Shown: piece after piece, positions 38,604 to 47,392 of the stretch | Numbering within the stretch: the first letter of the stretch is position 1 | Layout of the letters: each line of letters starts with the position of its first letter | Origin: Oscillospiraceae bacterium | GTDB lineage: Bacteria > Bacillota > Clostridia > Oscillospirales > Ruminococcaceae | DNA: 64,000 nt | NCBI GenBank assembly: GCA_017512745.1 | Contig: JAFWEV010000026.1 | Location: 11,377-75,376 of the forward strand | Direction of reading: 5' to 3' | Position numbers and translations under genes: made by a program | The notes under the pieces: model-generated | The model's database searches: none | Told to the model about the DNA's origin: nothing | Seen by the model: only the letters and a program-made list of their open reading frames with translations

Positions 38604-39803
38604 ATGGCGAGTGTAAGACTCTGTAACATTAAGAAGATCTATCCGAACGAAGAAAACAAGAAGAAGAAAAAAGTCAAAAAAGAAGATATGCCTATAATCG
38701 CAGAAGATGAAAAGGTAAATCTTCAGGTAACAGATGAAGGCGTTGTTGCGGTTCAGGAGTTCAATCTTGATATTGCTGATGGAGAATTCATTGTTCTGGT
38801 CGGACCTTCCGGATGCGGAAAGTCCACAACACTTCGTATGATAGCCGGATTGGAAAAAATTACAGAAGGCGAGTTGTATATCGGAGATAAGCTTGTCAAT
38901 TATCTTCCTCCGAAAGACAGAGATATTGCTATGGTTTTCCAGAACTATGCACTATATCCGCATATGACGGTATTTGAGAACATGGCTTTTTCTCTGAAAA
39001 TGAAGAAAACTCCTAAAGAAGAGATCGCTCAGAAAGTCAATGAGGCGGCTGAGATCCTGGGTATTACGGAATATCTGGACAGAAAGCCTAAAGCGCTTTC
39101 CGGCGGACAGCGTCAGAGAGTTGCGATCGGAAGAGCAATAGTAAGAAATCCGAAAGCTCTGCTTATGGATGAACCGCTGTCAAACCTTGATGCGAAACTC
39201 CGTAACCAGATGAGATCGGAGATCATCAAATTAAGAAATAAAATCAAAACAACATTTGTATATGTTACGCATGACCAGACCGAGGCTATGACTCTGGGCG
39301 ACCGTATCGTTGTTATGAAAGACGGATTTATCCAGCAGATCGGCACACCCCAGGAAGTATTTGATCACCCGGCAAACCTGTTTGTTGCAGGATTTATCGG
39401 TGTACCTCAGATGAACTTCTTCTCGAACCTTGAGCTCTATAAGGTTAACGGAAAGTTTGCAGTAAATATCGGAGGTAAAGAATTTATATTTACTGATGAG
39501 CAGCAGGCTTTGCTTGAAGCTAACGCAAAAGAAGGCCAGAAGATTATCGCAGGTGTACGTCCTGTTCATATTTCGCTTTCGGATTCGGAAAACGGATTTA
39601 AGACGATAATGGACGTTTCCGAGATGATGGGAAGTGAAATATATTTGCATCTTGATCTTGGTGACCAGGATGTCGTCTGCATTGTTCCGACTGCCGGACT
39701 TGATGTTTCCAGGTTCCAGCGCGGCAAAGAGATCTATCTTGATTGCGATCCTTCACTCATCCAGATATTTGATGCTGAAACAGAAAAGAGCCTTTTGATG
39801 TAA
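38604..39803 (+). CDS. msmX: MsmX/MalK/UgpC-type sugar ABC transporter ATPase (orphan, no adjacent permeases)
   Basis: Contains Walker [10 protein letters not shown], signature LSGGQRQR, Walker B LLMDEP, and a C-terminal TOBE-like domain. The Lys-rich insert [14 protein letters not shown] precedes the P-loop. Confidence 0.85.
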   Translation: MASVRLCNIKKIYPNEENKKKKKVKKEDMPIIAEDEKVNLQVTDEGVVAVQEFNLDIADGEFIVLVGPSGCGKSTTLRMIAGLEKITEGELYIGDKLVNYLPPKDRDIAMVFQNYALYPHMTVFENMAFSLKMKKTPKEEIAQKVNEAAEILGITEYLDRKPKALSGGQRQRVAIGRAIVRNPKALLMDEPLSNLDAKLRNQMRSEIIKLRNKIKTTFVYVTHDQTEAMTLGDRIVVMKDGFIQQIGTPQEVFDHPANLFVAGFIGVPQMNFFSNLELYKVNGKFAVNIGGKEFIFTDEQQALLEANAKEGQKIIAGVRPVHISLSDSENGFKTIMDVSEMMGSEIYLHLDLGDQDVVCIVPTAGLDVSRFQRGKEIYLDCDPSLIQIFDAETEKSLLM

Positions 39804-39845
39804 TTATTCTGATGGGCTCTCATGTGAATTACAGATTATGATTAC

Positions 39846-39877
39846 ACAGACAGCCTTATCATAATAAGGCTGTCTGT
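39846..39877 (+). terminator. Hairpin/terminator after msmX
   Basis: A 13-bp stem ACAGACAGCCTTA / TAAGGCTGTCTGT with a weak T-tract. Confidence 0.55.
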
Positions 39878-39901
39878 TACCATTATTCAGGGGTTATAAA
39901 G

Positions 39902-40750
39902 ATGTATTTTGGGTTGTTCAACAATGAAATAGATATTGCGGATATAAGAGAGAATTTTGAATTTATCGCTTCGCTTGGATGTACGACAACACAGTTCGAT
40001 TTTATAAATCTTCTTGGTGACAGCATCCCCGGATCGATCGAAGCCGGAATGATAGATGATATCATTGAGGGCTCGAAACGGTCGGGTGTAACGGTCTGTG
40101 CTGTGAGCGGTACATATAATATGGCTCACCCTGATGAGGAGTACAGAAAGGAATACAGGAACAGGCTTCCCGGATTTTTCTCGGCATGCAGAAAGCTGGG
40201 AAGTCAGATGGTCACCTTGTGTACGGGAACAAGAAGCACCGAATTCATGTGGAAGTACAGCCCTGACAACTCAAGCGAAAAAGCCTGGACAGACATGACT
40301 GATGAGGTCAAAACTGCAGTGAAATATGCTGAAGCGGAAGGACTTGTTCTCGGGGTAGAATGCGAGGCAGCAAATATTATTTCAAATCCGGATAAGGCGA
40401 GGAAGCTGCTCGATGAAGTCGGGTCACCATCTTTGAAGATGATCCTTGACGGAGCCAATCTGTTCGATAACGGCATTGTCTCAAAAGAGAGATCGAGGGA
40501 GACGCTCGGTAGGGCATTTGAACTTCTCTCTGACGATATCCGTATGGCACACGGAAAGGATATCAAAGCGGGGTCAGGTATTGATTTCTGCCCGGCCGGT
40601 AGGGGAACTGTGGATTTTGAATATATGCTTCAAAATCTTATAGATATGAACTTTGACGGCCCCATGATAATACATGGCATAAGGAAGATGGAGGATTTTG
40701 CCCCCGCCGTGACATTTATGCGTTCTTTATACGACCGGTTAAGCCGGTGA
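39902..40750 (+). CDS. Xylose-isomerase-like TIM-barrel protein
   Basis: Its size and the motifs LGVECEA and MAHGKD fit the sugar phosphate isomerase/epimerase family. Confidence 0.65.
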   Translation: MYFGLFNNEIDIADIRENFEFIASLGCTTTQFDFINLLGDSIPGSIEAGMIDDIIEGSKRSGVTVCAVSGTYNMAHPDEEYRKEYRNRLPGFFSACRKLGSQMVTLCTGTRSTEFMWKYSPDNSSEKAWTDMTDEVKTAVKYAEAEGLVLGVECEAANIISNPDKARKLLDEVGSPSLKMILDGANLFDNGIVSKERSRETLGRAFELLSDDIRMAHGKDIKAGSGIDFCPAGRGTVDFEYMLQNLIDMNFDGPMIIHGIRKMEDFAPAVTFMRSLYDRLSR

Positions 40751-40907
40751 TGATCAACGGATCCCGCAAAAGAAGTAGATCCTGTAAACAATCTGCGGAA
40801 ATGTCAACAAATAGAAGTCGTGAAGTTTGTGGAAAGATAAAGTGAAAAAAGGCTGTGTATAGTCTATAATATAGTTAGATTATTAAAATGGAGGGGAAGT
40901 GGTCTTT

Positions 40908-41303
40908 ATGAAAAAAGACAGATTATTAAATAAAGAAATCATAGCTGAAGTAGCAGCTCTGGGGCATACAGAGTACTTCGTCATCTGTGACTGCGGATTA
41001 CCCATTCCGAAGGGTGTGAAGGTAATTGATATATCTATCAAAGCCGGAAACCCCAAGTTTTTGGATGTCCTGGATGCCGTAGATGATGAGCTGGTCGTGG
41101 AGTCGATCATACTCGCTTCGGAGATCGATGAAAAGAGTCCGGCACTTGCCAAAGAGATGGAAGCCAGATTCCCGCTCAGCGTTACGAAGAAAGTTCCTCA
41201 TGAAGAATTTAAGGAACTCACAAAGAACGCTAAGTGCATCGTAAGAACCGGCGAGACTACTTCCTATGCAAATGTAATTCTTATCGGCGGAGTCAATTTC
41301 TGA
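40908..41303 (+). CDS. rbsD: D-ribose pyranase
   Basis: MKKDRLLNKEI...LGHTEYFVICDCGLPIPKG...IVRTGETTSYANVILIGGVNF aligns end to end with E. coli and B. subtilis RbsD. Confidence 0.8.
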   Translation: MKKDRLLNKEIIAEVAALGHTEYFVICDCGLPIPKGVKVIDISIKAGNPKFLDVLDAVDDELVVESIILASEIDEKSPALAKEMEARFPLSVTKKVPHEEFKELTKNAKCIVRTGETTSYANVILIGGVNF

Positions 41304-41359
41304 TCACATCTGCTCCCGGAAGGTTCCGGAAAGCATAACTATTGAAAGGATCAACAATA

Positions 41360-42106
41360 ATGGCAGCAAAAAAAGCTTTTATTTTCTACGGTGGATGGGA
41401 CGGACATGAGCCTGATCTGGTCAGCGCCAGATTCAAGAAGATGCTAGAAAATGAGAATTTTGAAGTTATCAGAGAAGACAGTCTGGACAGGCTTGATGAT
41501 CTGGAGTTCCTGAGAAGTTGTGACCTCATAGTACCGTGCTGGACACAGGGTGATCTCGATGATCCTAAGTGCTACAATGTCGCTGATGCAGTCCTTGAGG
41601 GAGTCGGACTTGCAGGGTGCCACGGCGGAATGTGCGATTCATTCAGATGGAGTGTTGAATGGCAGTTCATGACAGGCTCGCAGTGGGTATCTCATCCGGG
41701 TGATCCGTGGCTTCACCACTGTTCCAAGCTCACTCCGGAGAATCTGGAATACAACCGCAAATACAATCCTGATTCCGGAAAACCCGGTGCATTCTGGACA
41801 CATTACACGGTCAACTTCAAAAAGAATTCATCTTCTCCGCTTATTGCCGGACTTGATGATTTTGAAGTGTATACGGAACAGTATTATCTGCACGTTGATC
41901 CGTGCATCGATGTCTTGGCTTCCACCAGGGTGAGGACGGCAGGACCTCATGCGGCCAACGGCGAAGTGGACATGCCGGTCGTCTACACAAAGATGTGGGG
42001 CAAGGGCAGAGTTTTCTACAACTCTCTCGGACATCATGATGATATCTTTGATATCCCGCAGGTATCCGAAGTTCAGAGGAGAGGATTCCTCTGGGCTACA
42101 AGATAA
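41360..42106 (+). CDS. ThuA-domain protein, third and diverged copy
   Basis: Contains FIFYGGWDGHEP, GLAGCHGGMCDSF, EQYYLHVDP and YNSLGHHDD, shared with the two copies at 34.5-36.1 kb. Confidence 0.65.
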   Translation: MAAKKAFIFYGGWDGHEPDLVSARFKKMLENENFEVIREDSLDRLDDLEFLRSCDLIVPCWTQGDLDDPKCYNVADAVLEGVGLAGCHGGMCDSFRWSVEWQFMTGSQWVSHPGDPWLHHCSKLTPENLEYNRKYNPDSGKPGAFWTHYTVNFKKNSSSPLIAGLDDFEVYTEQYYLHVDPCIDVLASTRVRTAGPHAANGEVDMPVVYTKMWGKGRVFYNSLGHHDDIFDIPQVSEVQRRGFLWATR

Positions 42107-42163
42107 AAAAGTAAAATGAAAAATTTCTGAAAGCAATTCAGAGAAAAATATGGAGGCAAATCT

Positions 42164-43138
42164 ATGAAGTGTAAAGGCGTATTTGTTGAAGACTACATGA
42201 AGCTCGGTATCCGTGATTACGAAGTACCGGAAATGGCTGCAGATCAGGTCCTCATCAAGACAATGGCAACAGGACTCTGCTGCTGGGACAGCTGGCTCTA
42301 CCGTGGAGTAAGTGCACCCGGCCCGTATCCGTATGTCATGGGACATGAGGGAACAGGAATTGTAGAAAAAGTCGGAAGTCTTGTAAAGAATCTTAAACCT
42401 GGTGACTATGTATCAAGCATCAGCGGCGGCGCTATGGCTGAGTATGATGTTATCGATGCAAAAGCACTGATCAAACTTCCGAATGATGTCAAGGATTGGG
42501 GAAGAGTGGTTTATGAACCGACAGCTTGTGTTGTTAACCTTCTCCAGAAGAGTGAGATCATGATGGGCGACCATGTCGTTCTTGTCGGAGCTGGTTACAT
42601 GGGCACACTGTGCCTTGAAGGCCTTACAAGATGCTCACAGGCAGGACGTATCACTGTTTTCGAGATCAGAGATGACAGAGTCGAGATGGCCAAGAAATAC
42701 GGTGCAACAGAGGTTCTTAATCCTGAGAGCGAAGAAGGAAAGAAGTGCATCGAAGAGATCAAGGCAGCAGGCGGCTGCGATGTAGCAATCGATTTCGGCG
42801 CATCCGTATCCGGATATGATCTTGCAAACTCTCTCGTTCGCCAGGGCGGAAAGTTTATCATCGGATCATTCCATCGCACAGACATGACATTCTTCGGACC
42901 CGATTGGCATCTCGGTGGCAAGCATGTTCTCAATCTGCCTCCTCAGAGCAATCCGTATCATTTCAAAGAGTGGACACCGAGAGTTGATACACTCATCAAG
43001 AAGGGTGTCTTCACACCTGGAGATCTTGTCACACATGAAGCATACTTCGAGGATATGGACGCAATGGAGTTCATGTTCCAGAGAGCATGTGACAAGGGCG
43101 ATGATTACATGAAAGGCGCAATCCTGTTTTACAAATAA
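42164..43138 (+). CDS. Zinc-type medium-chain dehydrogenase/reductase (MDR)
   Basis: Contains GLCCWDS...GHEGTGIV (the Zn-ligand region) and VLVGAGYMG (Rossmann motif). Confidence 0.8.
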   Translation: MKCKGVFVEDYMKLGIRDYEVPEMAADQVLIKTMATGLCCWDSWLYRGVSAPGPYPYVMGHEGTGIVEKVGSLVKNLKPGDYVSSISGGAMAEYDVIDAKALIKLPNDVKDWGRVVYEPTACVVNLLQKSEIMMGDHVVLVGAGYMGTLCLEGLTRCSQAGRITVFEIRDDRVEMAKKYGATEVLNPESEEGKKCIEEIKAAGGCDVAIDFGASVSGYDLANSLVRQGGKFIIGSFHRTDMTFFGPDWHLGGKHVLNLPPQSNPYHFKEWTPRVDTLIKKGVFTPGDLVTHEAYFEDMDAMEFMFQRACDKGDDYMKGAILFYK

Positions 43139-43158
43139 TCAGTACCCTGTATGATTCA

Positions 43159-43189
43159 GTGCTTGGCAGAATGCACTTCTGCCAAGCAC
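43159..43189 (+). other. Intercistronic perfect 12-bp hairpin
   Basis: GTGCTTGGCAGA-ATGCACT-TCTGCCAAGCAC with no U-tract. It lies inside the spurious N-terminal extension of the next ORF. Confidence 0.65.
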
Positions 43190-43219
43190 TACATAACTAA
43201 TAAGGAGAGTATCTATAGA

Positions 43220-44089
43220 ATGGAAGATTTGTTCCCACGCACAATGGTCGGCGGCGTTTCAGTCCCGAGAATGCTTGCAGGGTGCAACTGGATATCCGGA
43301 TGGAGTCATAGAAGTCCCGCACAGGATAAGATGATCCAGGCTGTTCACAGCACTCCGGACAGTGTTGCGGATATTTTTGAAGTGTTTATGAATCAGGGTG
43401 TCGATGCATGTCTTGGCCTGTTCAATGTCGACACAGACCTTATTGATGCCGTTAAGATGGCTGAAGACAGAACCGGCAAAAAGATGATAATCTTTGATAC
43501 ACCGGTACTTAATGTAGATGACAATCCAATTGCGAGAATGGAAGCGGAAGAGGCGATAAAGAAGTGTGCTGAAAGAGGCGCTACTTTCTGCCTGCCGATC
43601 CACTCCTGTGTTGAGCAGTTGGTTAATAAGAATAAAAAGACTATCGAGAGATTGCCGGATTATCTCAAGATGATACGTGATCACGGAATGATCCCGGGAC
43701 TTTCAGCCCATATGCCGGAAATAGTTCATTACTCTGATGAGAATGAATATGATGTAGAAACTTATATACAGATCTATAACTGTATGGGATTCCTGATGCA
43801 GGTCGAAATCGAGAGTGTTGCAAAGACGATACATAATGCCAAGAAGCCTGTCATCGCTATCAAACCCTGTGCAGCCGGCAGAGTCACACCGTATGTCGGT
43901 CTGAACTTCGTATATAACACGATCAGAGATATTGATATGGTTGCTATAGGCTGTTTCAAACCGTTCGAAGCAGCAGAGGATCTGGAATACGCGAGAGCAG
44001 CTCTTGAGAGAAGAATGCCTGAAATAGCTTCCAGAGGAAGCCCGGTCGTAACGCCGGCTATCGAAGGAAAGATCAATCATCACGACTGA
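43220..44089 (+). CDS. Conserved-looking protein of unknown function (289 aa)
   Basis: AAGGAGAG lies 9 nt upstream of the ATG at 43220. The composition and codon usage are coding-like, and no family was recognised. Confidence 0.6.
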   Translation: MEDLFPRTMVGGVSVPRMLAGCNWISGWSHRSPAQDKMIQAVHSTPDSVADIFEVFMNQGVDACLGLFNVDTDLIDAVKMAEDRTGKKMIIFDTPVLNVDDNPIARMEAEEAIKKCAERGATFCLPIHSCVEQLVNKNKKTIERLPDYLKMIRDHGMIPGLSAHMPEIVHYSDENEYDVETYIQIYNCMGFLMQVEIESVAKTIHNAKKPVIAIKPCAAGRVTPYVGLNFVYNTIRDIDMVAIGCFKPFEAAEDLEYARAALERRMPEIASRGSPVVTPAIEGKINHHD

Positions 44090-44130
44090 TAATCATCAAA
44101 ATAAAATTGAGATTTCTTCTTATCCTTTTT

Positions 44131-44166
44131 CCTGTCGCAGCATCACCATGCTGCGGCAGGTTTTTT
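44131..44166 (+). terminator. Rho-independent terminator
   Basis: A 13-bp stem CCTGTCGCAGCAT / ATGCTGCGGCAGG (one G-U pair) has loop CACC and is followed by TTTTTT. Confidence 0.85.
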
Positions 44167-44261
44167 GATGGAAGGATTATGTATACGGTATTTTCAAAAC
44201 TGCAAAAATGTGAGACAATATGTGCTGTAAATGTTCGTTCCGGGAAGGATGGAATCGGAGC

Positions 44262-44412
44262 GGATATAGCGCCAGGCCCCAAGAGGGTGACGAGGTTTGG
44301 CAGTTGTCGAAAGACTCGGCGGATGCTGCCACGGCTTATATTCAGGTGAGTCGTAAGAGAGAAAAGAAAAAGCGGAATCAAAACCGTAACAGAGATTCTC
44401 TTAACACTGTAT
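44262..44412 (+). ncRNA. glmS RNA: glmS ribozyme (GlcN6P-dependent self-cleaving riboswitch)
   Basis: The conserved core reads in order: A/GCGCC (cleavage site at about 44268/44269), the P1 hairpin CCCC-AAGA-GGGU, GACGAGG, the P2 helix UGGCAG...CUGCCA enclosing UUGUCGAAAGACUCGGCGGAUG, then CGG. The downstream A-rich P3/P4-like region has AAGAGA/TCTCTT pairing. Confidence 0.85.
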
Positions 44413-44494
44413 ATGAGACATTCCATGACAGGGACTTATGTCTTATGTCAATTTGGTTATGTCTTATCAATATTACAGATTAGGAGTTTTTATT

Positions 44495-45298
44495 ATGCGA
44501 GTAGTTATACAGGAAAATTACGAAAATATGTGCAAGTGGGCAGCGGATTATATCGCTGCCAAGATCAAAGCTCATAACGAAGGACCGGAAAAGGACCGCC
44601 CGTTTGTCTTAGGTCTTCCCACAGGCTCTTCTCCCATAGGAGTATATAAGGAACTGGCAAGACAGAATCAGGCAGGCGAATTGAGTTTCGCAAATGTCGT
44701 CACATTCAATATGGATGAATATCTGGGTCTTCCTCATGAGCATGATCAGAGCTACTGGTATTTCATGCATGACAACTTCTTCGACCATCTCGTGGATATG
44801 AAGCCGGAGAATATCAACATCCTCAACGGTATGACCGACGATCCTGAAGGCGAGTGCAGGAGATATGAGGAGAAGATAGCTTCCTACGGCGGAATAGATT
44901 TGTTCATGGGAGGAATCGGTGTCGACGGACATATAGCATTCAATGAGCCGTTCACGTCTCTTACATCAAGAACCGGTGTCCGCAATCTGACAACAGATAC
45001 AAGGATCGTAAACTCCCGCTTCTTCGGAAACGATCCGGAAAAAGTTCCGTCTCAGGCTCTTTCCGTAGGTGTCGGAACAGTTACGGATTCAAAAGAAGTT
45101 CTTATCCTTATCAACGGTCACAACAAGGCGAGAGCTCTTGCTGCGACAGTTGAGGGCAGCGTGAGCCACAAGTGGACATGCTCAGCTCTTCAGATGCATA
45201 ACGGCGCTATCATTGCCTGCGACGAGGCTGCATGCGGAGAACTCATGGTAGACACATATAAGTATTTCCTCGATATTGAGAAGAAAGAGAGACTTTAA
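44495..45298 (+). CDS. nagB: Glucosamine-6-phosphate deaminase/isomerase (E. coli-type NagB)
   Basis: Contains [39 protein letters not shown] and [11 protein letters not shown], and is collinear with E. coli NagB. TAGGAG lies upstream of the ATG. Confidence 0.9.
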   Translation: MRVVIQENYENMCKWAADYIAAKIKAHNEGPEKDRPFVLGLPTGSSPIGVYKELARQNQAGELSFANVVTFNMDEYLGLPHEHDQSYWYFMHDNFFDHLVDMKPENINILNGMTDDPEGECRRYEEKIASYGGIDLFMGGIGVDGHIAFNEPFTSLTSRTGVRNLTTDTRIVNSRFFGNDPEKVPSQALSVGVGTVTDSKEVLILINGHNKARALAATVEGSVSHKWTCSALQMHNGAIIACDEAACGELMVDTYKYFLDIEKKERL

Positions 45299-45301
45299 TA
45301 G

Positions 45302-45964
45302 ATGTATACAATTAAGGATCTTTATGACCTTGATCACACACTGGCAAAGGACTATCTCCTCAAATACACATATCCGTGGGAGGCACTCAAGGGAATAAAG
45401 GAATTTATCCTTGAACTCGGCCCTACACTCGGAGATGAGTACGAGGAGAGAGAACCTCAGGTCTGGGTCCACAAGACCGCAAAGATCTATCCTTCGGCGT
45501 ATCTCGGTGCGCCGTGTATCATAGGGCCCAATACAGAGGTCCGTCACTGCGCATTCATAAGGGGATCTGCTCTTGTGGGGGCCGACTGTGTAGTCGGAAA
45601 CTCGGTGGAACTCAAGAACGTCATCCTTTTTGACCATGTGCAGACACCGCATTACAACTATGTAGGCGATTCGATCCTCGGATACTTCAGCCACATGGGC
45701 GCAGGTTCAGTAACTTCCAATGTTAAGAGCGACAAAAAGCTTGTCGTTGTCCATAACGGATCGGAAAACATAGAAACAGGCGTCAAAAAGTTCGGCGCTA
45801 TGCTGGGCGATTACGTCGAAGTAGGCTGCAATGCAGTCTGCAATCCGGGAACAGTCATCGGAAGACATTCGAACGTCTACCCGACATCATGTGTTCGCGG
45901 GGTCGTTCCCGAGAACAGCATTTGGAAAGACAGCGGCGTTGTAGTAAGCAAGGAGGATCGTTAA
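45302..45964 (+). CDS. Left-handed beta-helix (hexapeptide) acyltransferase, GlmU C-terminal-domain-like
   Basis: Hexapeptide repeats are present. HYNYVGDSILG...GAGSVTSNVK...GDYVEVGCNAVCNPGTVIG resembles the GlcN-1-P N-acetyltransferase domain of GlmU. No nucleotidyltransferase domain is present. Confidence 0.6.
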   Translation: MYTIKDLYDLDHTLAKDYLLKYTYPWEALKGIKEFILELGPTLGDEYEEREPQVWVHKTAKIYPSAYLGAPCIIGPNTEVRHCAFIRGSALVGADCVVGNSVELKNVILFDHVQTPHYNYVGDSILGYFSHMGAGSVTSNVKSDKKLVVVHNGSENIETGVKKFGAMLGDYVEVGCNAVCNPGTVIGRHSNVYPTSCVRGVVPENSIWKDSGVVVSKEDR

Positions 45965-45965
45965 C

Positions 45966-47312
45966 ATGGGAAAGTATTTCGGAACTGACGGATTCAGAGG
46001 CGAGGCGAATAAGGATCTCACCTTTGAGCACGCGATAAAGATCGGCCGTTTCCTCGGCTGGTACTACGGTGCTAATCAGGGCAAGACAGCAAAGATCGTA
46101 ATCGGCAAGGATACGAGAAGAAGTTCGTATATGTTTGAATATGCACTCTGCACGGGCCTTATGGCAAGCGGCGCAGACGCATATATCATGCATGTCACAA
46201 CGACCCCTTCGGTCGCATACATTACTAGAGTCGATGATTTTGACTGCGGTATCATGATCTCCGCATCCCATAACCCGTACTATGACAACGGCATCAAGCT
46301 GCTCAACGGCAACGGCGAGAAGATGGACGAAGAGACCATCCTCAAAGTCGAGGATTATATCGACGGCAAGATAGAAGTGCCGGTAGCAGGCAGGGAGAAC
46401 ATCGGAAGAACGGTAGACTATGTTGCAGGAAGAAACCGCTATATAGGTCACCTTATCTCCATGTCAAAGTACAGCTTCAAGGATGTCAAGGTAGGTCTCG
46501 ATGTAGCGAACGGCGCCGCATGGCAGATCGCAAAGGGCGTATTCGACGCGCTCGGTGCAAAGACATATGTCATGAACGATCATCCGGACGGCTACAACAT
46601 CAACACTGACTGCGGAAGCACTCATATCGAGCACCTGCAGAAATTTGTTGTGGATAACGGTCTTGATATCGGATTTGCATATGACGGAGACGCCGACAGA
46701 TGTCTTACTGTTGACGAGAAGGGCAATGTCGTAACAGGCGACCATACTCTCTATATCTACGGTCTCTACATGAAAGAGCGCGGAAAACTGCTCAATAATA
46801 CAGTCGTCACGACAGTCATGAGCAACTTCGGACTGTACAAGGCGCTCGACAAAGTCGGCATCGACTATGAGAAGACTAAAGTCGGCGACAAGTATGTATA
46901 TGAGAACATGATCGAGAACGGTCACCGCATCGGCGGTGAGCAGAGCGGACATACGATCTTCTCAAAGTATGAGACGACGGGAGACGGTATCCTTACAAGC
47001 CTTAAACTCATGGAGGTCATGCTCGCAAAACAGAAACCTATGAGCGAGCTTGCAGCACCCGTGGTGTTCTATCCTCAGGTCCTCAAGAACGTCAGGGTAA
47101 AATCAAAACCGGAAGCGCAGAACGATCCCGATGTTCAGGCTGCAGTCAAGAAAGTTGCAGATCAGCTCGGAGATACAGGACGCATTCTCGTTCGCGAGAG
47201 CGGTACGGAACCTGTGATCCGTGTTATGGTTGAGGCTGAAAGCGATGAACTCTGTGAGAAACTGGTCGACTCCGTGATTGAAGTCATTACAGCAAAAGGA
47301 CATCTAGCCTGA
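45966..47312 (+). CDS. glmM: Phosphoglucosamine mutase
   Basis: Contains KYFGTDGFRG, the active-site loop SASHNPYYDNGIK, GFAYDGDADR and GGEQSGH. Confidence 0.9.
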   Translation: MGKYFGTDGFRGEANKDLTFEHAIKIGRFLGWYYGANQGKTAKIVIGKDTRRSSYMFEYALCTGLMASGADAYIMHVTTTPSVAYITRVDDFDCGIMISASHNPYYDNGIKLLNGNGEKMDEETILKVEDYIDGKIEVPVAGRENIGRTVDYVAGRNRYIGHLISMSKYSFKDVKVGLDVANGAAWQIAKGVFDALGAKTYVMNDHPDGYNINTDCGSTHIEHLQKFVVDNGLDIGFAYDGDADRCLTVDEKGNVVTGDHTLYIYGLYMKERGKLLNNTVVTTVMSNFGLYKALDKVGIDYEKTKVGDKYVYENMIENGHRIGGEQSGHTIFSKYETTGDGILTSLKLMEVMLAKQKPMSELAAPVVFYPQVLKNVRVKSKPEAQNDPDVQAAVKKVADQLGDTGRILVRESGTEPVIRVMVEAESDELCEKLVDSVIEVITAKGHLA

Positions 47313-47331
47313 TCAACAAAAATAAAAAAAG

Positions 47332-47380
47332 AAGCCTGCTCATATATGCGCTGACTGTGCATATATGGGCAGGCTTTTGT
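47332..47380. terminator. Bidirectional terminator between convergent glmM and the MATE gene
   Basis: An 18-bp stem AAGCCTGCTCATATATGC / GCATATATGGGCAGGCTT is flanked by A-rich and T-rich tracts. Confidence 0.85.
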
Positions 47381-47392
47381 TGCTGCTTTTTG

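Noticed and set aside
43151-43219. N-terminal extensions suggested by the ORF track. Examples are 43151, 9920, 17712, 21168, 25966, 29426, 30916, 33397, 34536, 36139, 38571, 40899, 41342, 44438, 48883, 51480, 54300 and 61300.
   Set aside because: In each case a downstream ATG has a properly spaced AGGAGG-like RBS or an ATGA/TGATG overlap with the preceding stop. The extension often starts at TTG or GTG, or runs through a terminator or hairpin.
44073-44483. Three overlapping short ORFs in the nagB leader: 44107-44349 (+), 44220-44483 (+) and 44073-44426 (-).
   Set aside because: The region is occupied by a strong terminator and the glmS ribozyme core. The ORFs have no RBS and Cys/Arg-rich nonsense-like translations.
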